Both the position numbers and the translations under genes were made by a program. DNA of 63,493 bases, filler included, from Octopus bimaculoides (taxonomy: Eukaryota), in the NCBI RefSeq assembly GCF_001194135.2. It is 8 parts of 6 records of this genome, joined end to end, with 100 filler letters (N's around TTAATTAATTAA, not from the genome) between each part and the next. Parts side by side here need not be neighbours in the genome. Positions count along the whole stretch, not along the records: positions 14,595 to 29,281 come from NC_068983.1; 7 more parts are not named here. One strand, written 5' to 3'. A model generated the notes under the pieces. That model did not search any database, had not been told where the DNA came from, and saw only the letters and a program-made list of their open reading frames with translations. Positions 14,595 through 28,000 of the stretch are shown here, piece by piece (within the stretch, counting starts at the first letter, position 1; each line of letters starts with the position of its first letter).

Positions 14595-14882
14595 CACCTC
14601 ATCCCAGGTCTTCCTGGGCCTACCTCTTCCACAGGTTCCCTCAACTGCTAGGGTGTGGCACTTTTTCACACAGCTATCCTCATCCATTCTCGCTACATGA
14701 CCATACCAGTGCAATCGTCTCTCTTGCACACCATAACTTTTCTCTCAAGGTACTGATACTCTGTTTAGTATGCACACTGACATTACACATCCATCGGAGT
14801 ATACTGGCTTCATTCCTTGCGAGCCTATGCGTGTCCTCAACAGTCACGGCCCATGTTTCACTGCCATGAAGCATGGCTGTTC
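14595..14882 (-). mobile_element. RTE-clade LINE fragment, C-terminal part of the RT ORF
   Basis: VRTAMLHGSETWAVT...LRWMCNV...ERRLHWYGHVARMDEDSCVKKC...GRGRPRKTWDEV, with a frameshift. Confidence 0.9.
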
Positions 14883-14905
14883 GTACACATGAAGCATGGC
14901 TGTTC

Positions 14906-14956
<51 letters not shown>

Positions 14957-15999
14957 TGCATACATACATGTATGGATGTGTGTGTTTGTGACTATGAATA
15001 CATGTATATACATATTATTGGTGAAAAATCACTCCAGCAATAATATAGATTCTTGTTTTCAGATTTTGCTACTTCAATGGAAGTACTAAATTCCTAGCAT
15101 TTAATTGTACAAACAAATGATACTTTTCCTTTTTATTTAATTAACCAAATGCTATGCTAAAATATGGCTCATATTTATCTATTCACCACTCTTTCTGTCT
15201 CTTTTTTAACATCATGAACTGCTTTATTAGAAGACAAAGTAATGTTATTTATGTAAACACATATAGCTACACATTCAGCTATATAACTATACATTCAAAC
15301 TCTCTATTTGCAATCAATGTGAGTGTTGCATTATCCTCAGAATCTACCTGCTGGAAACAAAGGTTTTTTTTTCTCTTAGAGTGAAGGTCAAATTTTATGG
15401 TGCTTGTTTATGACGTATCACAGTATCATGGTAGCAAGATGTGATCTCTCTGAATGTGGAGGGTCTCTGATCTAGCTCAGAGAGTAGTATCTCTGACTAG
15501 GAACTAACCAGCAATGCAGCAAACCCATGCCGGCATAGAAAAATAGGTGCAAAGTGATGATGATGATATACATATATGAATTCAGACAAATGTCAATACA
15601 TCAAAAATAATATTTGGGGGCTATTTTCACTTTTATTTTGTATCGATTTAGCATTGTGAATACTACAGATATTCTCTCTATGATTGTAATTATCTTTCAT
15701 ATAAATAAATATATCAGACTCTGTAGCTTTCTAACACAAAGCTTTATTGAGAATATTTTGTTGTTGAATACAGAATACACAAACAAAAAAATACATATAC
15801 ATTATATACATACACATACATATATATAAGCACATATACATGTGTATACATATATGTATATAGTTTGGTACAATCTCCAAATGAAGTGGCATTATTGCTG
15901 TGGAAACAACTACAGTAACATGAAATATATTTTAAATCTTACATAATCTGTATAATAGATACTCATATTACACACACACACACACACACACACATATAT

Positions 16000-16360
16000 G
16001 CGCAGGAGTGGCTGTGTGGTAAGTAGCTTGCTTACCAACCATATGGTGTCTTCTGCTATAGCCTCAGGCTGACCAAAGCCTTGAGAGTGGATTTGGTAGA
16101 CAGAAACTGAAAGAACCCAGTCGTATATATGTGTGTGTGTGTGTGTGCATGTTTGTGTGTCTGTGTTTGTCCCCACCATCATCATTTGACAACCGATGTT
16201 GGTGGGGCTTACATCCCTGTAATTTAGCAGTTCAGCAAAAGAGACTGGTAGAATAAGTACTAGGCTTACATAGAATAAGTCCTGGAGTTGATTTGTCCAA
16301 CTAAAATGGCAGTGCTCCAGCATGGCCACAGTCAAATGACTGAAACAAATACAAGAATGA
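16000..16360 (+). mobile_element. SINE family A, CpG-decayed and internally deleted
   Basis: Co-linear with 40647-41062; CpGs replaced by TG/CA. Confidence 0.9.
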
Positions 16361-16849
16361 CAGAATATATATACATATATATATAAGTACTAGGCTTACA
16401 AAGAATAAGGTGGCGCTCTAGTATGGCTGCAGTTAAATGACTGAAACAAATAAAAGAATTAAAAAAAAAGAATACTCACAAAATTTTCACTCATCACCGT
16501 TTCTTAACTTATGCAGAATATGCATACATGCACACATGCATACACATGCACACATACACACATTACCATTTCCATGGTACCTATGCACATGTATAGGTAT
16601 CTATAAACAGGTAAGTAGGTCACGGCATATCTTCCATTATACTGCCAACAGGTGAGAAAATACTTCCTATACACTACAGCTTTCTTAACTTCATGACCTA
16701 CAATTGTTTTAATCAGTAGAAAAATCAATGCACTGCTTTGATCTCAATTTATCAACAGGTCTTCGTATGTTTGTTTCCTCCTAACCTTTTTTAAGTGCTT
16801 TAAGAAAAAATAATTTGAAATTTTAATAATAATAAAAATAATCTTTTCT

Positions 16850-17045
16850 ATTAGCTAGAAATTTGGTGGGAAAGAACTAGTTGGTCACATTAATCCCAGT
16901 GCTCAACTGGTACTTATTTTATCAACCCCAAACGGAGGAAAGAGAAAGTTGACCTCAGTGGAATCTGAACTCAGAACATAATGCTGGAAGAAATGCCAAG
17001 CATTTTGTCTAGCATGCTAATGATTCTGCCAGATTTCCACCTGAA
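16850..17045 (-). mobile_element. SINE family B, CpG-decayed (further copies at 17060-17180, 27620-28270, 40020-40190, 56300-56510)
   Basis: Matches the reverse complement of 42967-43180. Confidence 0.85.
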
Positions 17046-17559
17046 TAATAATAACGGTTGCTAATTCAGGCACAAGGCCAGCAATTTTAAGGGAGGGGAT
17101 TAGTTAAAAATCATCAACCTCAGTACTTGCAGGGTCTTTTCTTTTACTAAACCCAAATAGATGAAAGGCAAACTTTCCTAAGTCATCATCCGTGATGACT
17201 TCAAAATGCAAATCGTTTTAATTCTCATTCATCCTACACTGATGTCAATGGTGCATAATTTGAATCTTTCACAAACCTCGACGTTTAACATCAAACACTT
17301 TCATCACCTACATGCATCCCTGACTGACAAACAAACTCCAAACCTTGTTGATTTGATTGAATGAAGTAGTAATAGAAGACTGAGAGGGAATAACGTGAAG
17401 TAGTAGACGTGTGTGACTGTGTAGAGATACACTTCATTGGCTTCACTTAATGAAGTGTTTTGCTTAGTAAGAAAATATTACGATGAGGAAGTAATATAAA
17501 GAAGTAAGCATGGTTTGATTGAAAGAAGAGGTATGGCAATATTAGAATGAAGAAGTCGT

Positions 17560-17745
17560 CATCGTGGCATTCCATTGGTTACGACAACTAGTGTTCCAGT
17601 TGATCCAATCAATGGAACAGCTTGTTCATGAAATTAATGTGTAAGTGGCTGAGCACTCCACAGACATGTATACCCTTAATGTAGTTCTCGGGGAGATTCA
17701 GCATGCCACAAAGTATGACAAAGCTGGCCCTTCAAAATACAAGTA
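17560..17745 (-). mobile_element. SINE family C, 3' part
   Basis: Reverse complement of the tail of 19185-19495 and 40214-40500. Confidence 0.8.
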
Positions 17746-17789
17746 CACAAGAAATAGGAAGAAGGAGTGAGAGAAAGTTGTAGTGAAAG

Positions 17790-17942
17790 AGTACAGCAGG
17801 GTTCGCCACCACCCCCTGCCAGAGCCTCATGGAGCTTTAGGTATTTTCGCTGAATAAACACTCACAACGCCCGCTCTGGGAATCGAAACTATGATCCTAC
17901 GACCATGAGCTCACAGCCATAACCACTGGGCCATTGCACCTC
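17790..17942 (-). mobile_element. SINE family D
   Basis: Reverse complement of the tRNA-like head at 3222-3360. Confidence 0.75.
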
Positions 17943-17999
17943 CACTGAATGAACAAGTAATAGTAGGAAGTAGTATGCAAGCATGTGACTTGTAGAGGT

Positions 18000-18310
18000 A
18001 ACCTTGTTTGTTAGATTGGAGTTTTTATCAAGATAAAACAAGACTAATATGAAGAACACTATGTAGAGGTAGCCTAAATTGGCAAAATTTTTAGTTTGAT
18101 AAAACAAGATGGGGATGAAGTGGTAATATTACGTGAGTAGCAATACTAAGATGTACGTAATAATGTAGTGGTACCCGTGTTGACTTGACCAGATAGAGTG
18201 TTTAGCCTGGTAAAACAAGTTTAAAATGGAAAAAATAAGAAGTGAGCATATATAGTACATTTAGAATGGATTACTTTAGACTAGGTGGAGTTACAGAAAA
18301 GCTAAATTAA
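18000..18310 (+). mobile_element. Highly decayed LINE RT C-terminal fragment (similar remnant at 22700-22840)
   Basis: DVRNNVVVPVLT-type remnant of the 'VYxAxVxPTLLYG' block; purine-rich and full of stops. Confidence 0.45.
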
Positions 18311-19184
18311 GAGGATCCATTTATGACTGTTTCATTTTCTTTTTTTTTTAATTTCTTTAGATGTAACACCTAATTTTCAAATCTCACATGATTTCTTCAA
18401 ACAGGAAATCTTGCTAGAGGTTTACTTTATCAGCAGCAGCATTTTGCATTGTGCTATTATTTTAACCATTCAATGCTTCAGAAACACAAAGTTAGGCACA
18501 AAATCTATAGATTTTACCAATTCAGAAAATTTCAACTGAAGTCAAAGACAGTTGTCTTATGAAAATCAATAGTTCCAATGTCTTCATGCACTCAACATGA
18601 ACTCCTGACACTTAAGATAAGCCAAACATGACCATCATCACATTTAATATCTGACTTCTTTGCTGGTAGGGTTTGGATGATTTGACAGGATACAAGCTGG
18701 AGAACTATGTCAAGCACCAACATCTACTTTGGCATGGTTTCTATGGCTGGATGCCTTTCCTAATGCCAACCCAGTATAATGGGTACTTTTTTTTTCACGA
18801 CACTGGCACTAGTGAGGTCACCAAGAAAAGAACCCTCAAATGAGTGAGAGTGCAGTAAAAACTGAGGTAGCTTTATGTTTGGTGAGAGTTAAAAATATGA
18901 TAGGACAGGAACAAGCCTTTCGTTACAGAGGAGACACATGGCTATTATATAAAGGTGGGTGTGAGTAGCAGGAAAGACATAAAGATCATGATGAGGTATC
19001 AGGGTAAAATCTTTCAATATTTTTTGCCAATCATAATATTGAAGTTTAAAACCTCGTGATACTATTATCTCCTGTCAATCATCCTTCTTAAGAGAATGTT
19101 TGACAATTCCTGCAGGAATATTAAGCTTCATGCAAATGGATCTTTGTGTAACACTGCCTCTTTATGTACTCCTGTTTGTGAATT

Positions 19185-19495
19185 CATGTGGCTTAGTGGT
19201 TAGGGTATTTGGCTCATGGCCATAAAGTCATGAGTTCAATTCCTGACAGTGCTTTGTGTCCTTGAGAAAGACACTTTATTTCACATTGTTCCAGTCTACC
19301 CAACTGACAAAAATGAGTTGTACTTGTAATTCAAAAGGGCCAGTCTTGTCACATTCAGTATCATAGTGAATCTTCCTTAGAACTACATTATGGGCATGCA
19401 TGTCTGGAGTGCTCAACCACTTACATATTAATTTTATGAGCAGCCTGTTCCACTGATCGGGTCATTGGAACCCATGTTATAATTGACAGAGTGCC
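19185..19495 (+). mobile_element. tRNA-derived SINE family C with CORE/V-like segment, CpG-decayed (another copy at 25700-25850)
   Basis: A box TGGCTTAGTGG, B box GAGTTCAATTCC, then gtgtccttgagaaagacact. Confidence 0.85.
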
Positions 19496-19813
19496 AGTTA
19501 CATCTGTTTGCATAACATACATTATATCAACCATCAGCCAAATCTATGAAACTATAATTCGTTCATCCATCTCTTCTCTTTTCTTTACACCCTAGCTTTG
19601 TATTTCATATAACCAACTCTTGTTCTGCTGAAATAGTTCAACCTGATTAAGTAGTTGAGGGGCTTAAGAATTTGATCTGTCTGAGCCTAAATTAGGTGCT
19701 TATCTATTTTACACATGCACTAGGCTCATCTTGCCCATAATACATACATACATACAATTGTACATACATACATACATATATACATATGTATGTATGCATG
19801 CATATGCATGCAT

Positions 19814-19846
<33 letters not shown>

Positions 19847-20783
19847 NNNNNNNNNNNNNNNNNNNNNNNNNNNNNNNNNNNNNNNNNNNNNNNNNNNNNN
19901 NNNNNNNNNNNNNNNNNNNNNNNNNNNNNNNNNTTCTTCCTATCTGTTAAAGCAGGCATAAGCATTTTTCGCATGCACAAATACACATGACAGGTACTTC
20001 CGCCTGCTAAATTCAATCACAAGGTTTTAGTCAGCCCAAGGCTATAGCAGAAGACACTCACAGAATGTGCCATGTGACATTCTTTCCTTGATAAATTTGT
20101 GAGAAACATCTCTAATGGCAATTAAAGTCTAACATATAGTCTAATGCCAGGTATTTCTCTTACAATACAAGATTTCTTTAATACTATACAAGAATAAAAA
20201 AATTTCTTCTCATTCAGTTAATGTTTAAAAATAACACGAAAATTCACGCCTCTTGTTAACACAATAGTAAAACCAATCCATTTTCAGGTTCATTCAACTG
20301 TTTTGTTTTTTTTATTCTTTATTTTTCTTGATAATCAGTAAGCTGACATTTCTTTCTGCCTGGGAAGCCCAGCGGTCTGCAAAATTTTCTAAAACTTGCT
20401 TTAAAATTAAATGTCATTCAGTTTTCTAAATTATTGATATTATAATCGTATTTGGTAGTATTTTATTTAATTTGATAGCACTTAGTAATCTGCCATTAAG
20501 TTTTCTTCCAACCTGGTTCATCTCTACAAGAAAACTTTCATGAAAATCAAATATTCCATTTAATCTACTTAATTGCCAGTTTTGTTTCACTGAATATGAA
20601 GCAAGAACTCATGGAATTTTCCAAATGACATATTTGTAGACTTTACACAATAATAAAAGTGATATGTTGCAAATGATTTACTTGCCATGGATATACAAGC
20701 TATATTACACTATGCTTATAATTTTGTTAATTCACTCAATAAGACACCAATTTCATTTGAAATATATAAGTCACAAACATGGT

Positions 20784-21051
20784 CTGTGGCGGACTGGTCA
20801 GGTTGCCAGCTTGCCCGATGGCAAGTGGGCTGTTACGCCATTAGAATCCATACATGGGGGCCATCCCTTCAAGTTTGAGAATTTTTTATTCACTCCTGGA
20901 AGAATGCATTAATTATTTCAGCCTGGCTGTGTTTGTAGACAGTTGGAAAGAATACTTTTAATAAAAAAAAAATTAAATGATAGAATTGTAGTTGTGGGTA
21001 GGCCCCCTTAGTCTCTTAGCAACCAATATTTTTAGACCCAGTCTGCCACTG
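20784..21051. mobile_element. hAT-type MITE
   Basis: TIRs ctgtggcggactgg / ccagtctgccactg; 8-bp flanks aacatggt / aacatggc. Confidence 0.8.
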
Positions 21052-21993
21052 AACATGGCTGTGAGGTTTAGAAGTTTGTTTCTCAGCCATGTGCTTTTTG
21101 GTTCAGCTCCACTCCATGGCATGTTCAGCAAGTCTTTTTCTGCCGTAGCATCAAGCCAACTATATATGTATATGTATGTGTGTGTTTGCCTCTCCTTGTC
21201 TTGACATCATGTGATGGTTGTAAGTGAGCATCCCTACACAGGTAAAGGGTTAAACATAATCCATTATAGTGATTTCTTTCTGCTGTTTATTGTTTTAATT
21301 CTTCCATGGAAAGATGCTGGGTCATGGGGAAATATTTACCTTGCTAAGAAACAGGCATGAGTTGGCAACGAAAAATCATCTGGATTAACAAATTCTGTCT
21401 CGCATATGCAAGCATGGAAAAGTGGACATTAAAACAATGATAATTGGCGCTGGAAAGGTAATGATTACTTAGCAGGATTTGAAATCAGATTGTAGACATC
21501 TGAAACAAAATATTGTAAATCATTAACACCTTCTATTACTCCATTACTCTAAAAAGGTAAAAATTATTATTTTTTTTAATGATTATTTTACAATCATAAA
21601 TTTCTAGAATATATTTTGACTCTTGAGGGAATAAAAGGTAAAGTATACACTATCAGCATTTGAACTTATTCACAGAAACAAGAGACTGAATTTTGCATTT
21701 ATTTTGTTATGTTAACATTTCTGTCATTAACTGCCTAAAAAATTTCAAATATTAATTATGTATGTGCATATGCAACAGGTGGGGGACAGGTGCGTCTCAT
21801 TTATTTTAATTTTTGATTATTTCATTAATTTGTAATTCAAAAGTTCATTTGCAAATGAATTCAGAAATAAAAGAAAGGAAAAAATGGGAAGTATAAATAT
21901 GGAAAGTTGTCTGAGAAAGCAAAAAAAAATTTACCATGATTACAAACAACATAAATTCATTCTTCAAATTAAATAAGTTCCACAACTCCACAC

Positions 21994-22028
<35 letters not shown>

Positions 22029-22429
22029 TGACTGAATTTGTTTGTGTCTGTGTATGTGTATACATAATACATACATACAAATATATATACATAGATATAT
22101 ATTCACATATACATATGCATATATATATATATATATATATANNNNNNNNNNNNNNNNNNNNNNNNNNNNNNNNNNNNNNNNNNNNNNNNNNNNNNNNNNN
22201 NNNNNNNNNNNNNNNNNNNNNNNNNNNNNNNNNNNNNNNNNNNNNNNNNNNNNNNNNNNNNNNNNNNNNNNNNNNNNNNNNNNNNNNNNNNNNNNNNNNN
22301 NNNNNNNNNNNNNNNNNNNNNNNNNNNNNNNNNNNNNNNNNNNNNNNNNNNNNNNNNNNNNNNNNNNNNNNNNNNNNNNNNNNNNNNNNNNNNNNNNNNN
22401 NNNNNNNNNNNNNNNNNNNNNNNNNNNNN

Positions 22430-22486
<57 letters not shown>

Positions 22487-24369
22487 ATATATGTATACAC
22501 ATATAACTATATAACTACATACATATATACATACAATTGTATACATACATACAGAATAACAAGATAAATATAATAAAGAAAGAATTAATCATTTCAGAAT
22601 TTCTTAAATTGTTTCAGTGACCAGTTAAATTTTAACTGTCAGTTAATGCAACATTACTAATTGTGCACTCGTACATCAAGATGTTAAACTAAACTAGATG
22701 ATGTTTGTTCAAAGACCGTGGTTTGTGTCAATGATACATTAGCTAAAGTTGGTAGGTTCACTTAACTGGAAGGCATGATTAATGGAGAGAATCAGTTAAA
22801 TGGAAGAAAGTAAGAAGCATAGAGGGAGTGACTGTAAGCAGTTCAATGACTTAATGTCTACCATTAGATTAAAACACTGCTTATATTCTATTTATAATTA
22901 AAGCATTATATCCATTTCAGGTTAAGTTTATATTAACTTGAATTTTATTTTCCATCCATCAGCTGAAATTGTTGAGATAGGAAGGCATTTCTGGTTTACT
23001 TAAATTTTTGTTTCCACCATTCACTACATCCACTTCTCAACACTTTTTCTTCATTCATTATATTTACACACACCCATCACCCATTCTCCATCTTTCGTTC
23101 TCCCATATACTCTTGCAGCTTCTACCCACCTATGCTTTGGTTCTTCTGTCCCCACTCACTTCTAGTTACTTTGTACCTTGAGGGACAACCCAGACATTTC
23201 TTCATCATTATTTTTATCTCTTTCAAGCTCCACCTGCTCACCCCAAACTTCTCTTTAAAATGTGAGTAGCCACGTGGCTCCCCCTACAGCAAGAAATCTC
23301 TTCTGCTGTAACCTCTTCTCTCATATTTCAACTTCTCATTGCCAAGCATAAAGCCACCTCCCTCTGGATGCATAGTCTTGCAAGCTCACTAGTGCTGGTG
23401 GCCCGAAAATAGCAGCCAGTACATGCTTTGAAGTGGTTGGCATTATGAAGGACATCCAGTCATGAAAACAATAGACTATGGAGCAAAATAGTCCTTGGGC
23501 TTATTGGATCTTGTCAGACTGTCCAACCCACAATAACATGGGATATGGATGTTAAGTAATGGTGATGTTGGTGAAATATACACTACTTTTGTTTCAAATA
23601 GTTCTGTAAATGAAGAATTTAGTAAAATAAAATTTTTGAAGTGATGTTCAGAACATATATTAACATGAAATTTTGATAGGAGCTTACAATTTACAGCACT
23701 TCGAAACAGAAGGTTTGAATCACAAAACCAAGGGCAGTCTTAGGTAGGTTGGTATTGAAAAATCAAGGCATTAAGATAAACAACCAATTTTCATATGAAA
23801 ATCATACTAAAGTGTTGTCATTCATTTAAACCAAAACATGCTTAAGTCCAGGTCATCTCTATTAACCACCACTTCTTTTAAAAGATATTCTGTTTAACTG
23901 GAAATAATTGATGAATTCTACTTATAACAATCCTGTTCATAATTGACAGTAGATTCCAATTAGTATTCTTCTCATCACTAGTACAAACTTAAAGAATTTC
24001 TGTATATCATGCATTTTATGAACAGTAATGTCACTGGTTTATAGTTTCCTAATAGACCAATCACAGGTTCACTGCATTTCTGATGGTAAGAGGGACAAAG
24101 GAAGTCAGAGTAACTTATCCAGGCTTGAATGCCACATGGTATTGTCTGATGTCCCAGTTTATTGGCAGTTTCTAGAAACATGTATGTGTACACACACATC
24201 ATTTATCATCCACTTCCCCACGCTTGCATGAGTCAGACAATTCGTTGAAGCAGATTTTCTGTGGCTTTTCTATGCCCTTCTTGTCTCCAGTCTCTACCTG
24301 TTCCAAGCAAGGTAATATTCCCCCATGGCCATAAAGTTCTGCACAGAACAAATGAACAACATCATTGTA

Positions 24370-24590
24370 TGACAATGATGCTTGCTTACAACTATTATGT
24401 GATGTCAAAATGGCAGGTACATACACACATGCCAAATTGTTAGAGAAAACTGAAGAAAGATAGACTTTTTTCAACTTCCATCCACTTGCAAGGATTTGCT
24501 TTGCCCAGAGCTGCAGTAGAAAGCACTTGCCCAAGGTGACACACAGTGGGACTGAATCCAAAACTACATGGACGGGGAGCAAACTTATAT
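24370..24590 (-). mobile_element. SINE family A, decayed
   Basis: cacttgcccaaggtgacacacagtgggactgaatcc is the reverse complement of the family A head. Confidence 0.75.
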
Positions 24591-25007
24591 TAATCAACAT
24601 TTGAGTTGCTTTTTAATTTCTGCCAATTAAAATTAAAAAAACTTATGGACTATTGACTTCTATTTTTCCCTCATTTGTATTACTAAACACACACACACAC
24701 ACACACACACACANNNNNNNNNNNNNNNNNNNNNNNNNNNNNNNNNNNNNNNNNNNNNNNNNNNNNNNNNNNNNNNNNNNNNNNNNNNNNNNNNNNNNNN
24801 NNNNNNNNNNNNNNNNNNNNNNNNNNNNNNNNNNNNNNNNNNNNNNNNNNNNNNNNNNNNNNNNNNNNNNNNNNNNNNNNNNNNNNGGAAAAGGAGGTAG
24901 TCAGAGTTTTTGATATCCAAAATTCTGATTTATCTCCCTTTTGGTAATTTATAAAATACGTATGTACACCACTTCAGACAATTTATACATGCAATCATAC
25001 ATACATA

Positions 25008-25050
<43 letters not shown>

Positions 25051-28000
25051 AAATATATATATAAATGAGAGAGGGGGAAGGGAGATTAATCAGTGATGTG
25101 AGAGCTAGCTATTGCTGAAGAGATATTAAGAGGCTGAAACATGTATAAAGACCAATTTCATAGTCTCTCATTTTTATCCATATTTCAGAAAAATTCTATC
25201 TTACAAAGTAAATATATTTGCATTTACTGAACATGACAATGAATTTTTTGCCTCCAGACAATAAAAGAGAAACAAAGAAAAAATTCAAACTGACTGGCTG
25301 AAATATCCTTTGTACTATTTTCACCTCGTGACCAAGGATCAATTAGCTGTTGTACTCAAATCACATTCTGTTATAGGTTTCATTAGTCTAAGACCAAACA
25401 CTTATTGTGCATCAATATCTTGGTCAAAGCAGCAAATTTTGATAGTTTTGTAAAGGGGAAGCACCAATGTCAATATCATTTATATAAATTATAACGTTGG
25501 TCTCCAGACAGTTATGTTGTGAATGTCATCTCATTACTATTTCTCTCAATTTATAACTACTCATTACTCCCTGAGAGACAATGAGATACAAGCATGATCT
25601 GCATTCTAATGGCTGTTGACTTTTTCTATTTTGCTGAAGCTAACATTTATTTTTGTCTCTTAAACGTCAATAAAGCATGTATCTACAATATACTAGTGGA
25701 GGCACATGACTTAGTGGTTAGGGTGTTGGACTCAAGATCATAAGATTGTGGTTTCAATTCCTGGACTGGGCAATGCATTGCGTTCTTGAGCAAAACACTT
25801 CATTTCATGTTGCTCCAGTCCACTCAAAAGGTAAAAATGAGTGACAGACCAGCATCTCATCTAGGGAAAAATATATACATCGGAGAAACTAGAAAACTGG
25901 CCCTATGGTCCTTATGTAAGTAATGTAGACTAACCTATAATACACTGGGTTTAATTATGCTGACCAGCCCCATTAACTTTTATTCTATGATACAAATTTA
26001 ATGCTTTAAAGTGATTTAAATTAAAGGTTTTCATCAAACTTTCAGGTTAATTCCTGTCCCAGTGTAATAATGAGTTATTTCACTAAATTCTTCTTTTTTT
26101 CCCATAATTAACTGAAACAGAAAGCAATATATTTCAACAGAAACATGGTAAGGAAAGGATTAAAGAAAAATTATTTTCCTTGTTTTTATGATGGGCCCAC
26201 ACACATGATGTGTAATAAAATGTTGTTGGAAACATATAAATATTGAATCCTTCTTAATATGTTCTCTTTGCTCTTACATCTCTAAGACTGTCTGGTACTA
26301 ACCCATAATATATTCCTACTGAAATGCACCAACTTAAGTTCAATTAGTTTTATTCTTTTAATGGTTTCAGTCATAGGACTGTAGCCAGGCTGGAACACAG
26401 TCTTTAGTTTCTTTCAGTTTTATTGTTGCTTTATGGCTAAATCTTGAGTTTGAAACGGCTAATCTCTGAGTGTATCATTGAATGGTTGGCTGGACTTGTA
26501 CCATCATTAAGAGTTTATCCAATGTATTTTTATTTTTAATGTTTCAATTGAGGTCCCTTTTGTATTTCTAATTTCCTTACGTAGGCAGTGAAAAAATATA
26601 GAAATTAACTCACTATTATGCTGATTGTTTCGAACCTAAATCAATATTAAATTATGATGGAAAATTTTTAATTTGATCATTATAAAACCTGAATTTTGTA
26701 TCATATCATACATCATGCAGCTGTCTCATTTAAGCTGGTATCAAAAGGATTAAGACTTTATTAGCACATATTCACACATATCTTTGCAGAAATATTTCTT
26801 ACAATATATACATGATATCAAAATCAAACATTCTACCAAATTTATGACAGGATTTAGTTTCTGGCACCAGTGCCTAACACCCACCTCACCCTAATATTTG
26901 TCCTTTTACTCCCCTACTTCTTCAAGTCAAACAAGATGCAAATACTAAATATTTAGAAAAAAAAGGAAAATCGAAAACAGTAACACATTCATATGAAACT
27001 CTATCTATTAGAAGAGCTATCAATTTTGGTCCATCTTCCATGTTAATGATATGAAAGATTATTATATTAATAGTTCATATTACCTGCACAAATCAATGTA
27101 TGATCATCATCAGCAGTATTAGCTTCTATCCTCTATCCCCTCCTCCTCCTCCTCCTCATCCTCATCATCATCATCATCATCATCATCGTAGGAATCGTTA
27201 TGATTTGGTCATTGCTTTCACTACTAATGTAAACCAATAGTATTAATGAGAAAATGTCATTTTCGTTTAATGCAATTTGTTGTAACCAGGACTTTCATTT
27301 CAGTAGTGGGCGGCGGGTGGGGGATAGATTTCTGCTTAACTAATGAAGGTATAAGGGAAAACAAAAAAGAGAAATAGGAAAAAAAAAAAAGGAAAATACA
27401 AACAGAAAATTATTGATGAAATGATGATGATATCAGTAATGATAGTCATAATGGTGACAATGGTGATGACAAAGATGATGCTAATGATTGATGATAATAA
27501 TGATGGTGATAACGATAACGAAAATGATTACAAATTTGAAAAATGATAACACCGACACTGATGATAATGATGACACTGGTGAGTAAGAAGGTGATGATGA
27601 TTGTGATGACGATCAAGGTTGTTCTTAATTTCGACACAAGGCCAACAATTTAAGTGGGGGGGGGCCTAATTGATTACATTGAATTCAGTACTTGACTGGT
27701 ACTTTATCTTATCAACCCTGAAAGGATGAAAGGCAATGTTGACCTCAATGGCATTTGAACATAAAATGTATAGAGCCAAACGCAATATTGCTAGGCATTT
27801 AGTTTGACTTGCTAATGTTTCTGCCAGCTTGCTATCTTCATAATAAACCTTCTGCTACAGGTACTAAGCCTGAAACTTTGGGGGAGGGACTAATAGCTCA
27901 AATTGCCACCAGTATATATCTTGTACTTTATTTTATTGACCCTAGTAGGATGAAAGACAAAACTGACTTTGGCAGGATTTGAACTCCGAATGTAAAGAGC

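Noticed and set aside
18361-18540. Strong acceptor followed by an open frame (DVTPNFQISHDFFKQEILLE...)
   Set aside because: No credible donor; the pyrimidine tract may be a poly(T) remnant
25255-25300. KKKFKLTG peptide resembling the FYB/ADAP hSH3 start
   Set aside because: Followed immediately by TGA; A-rich sequence gives this by chance
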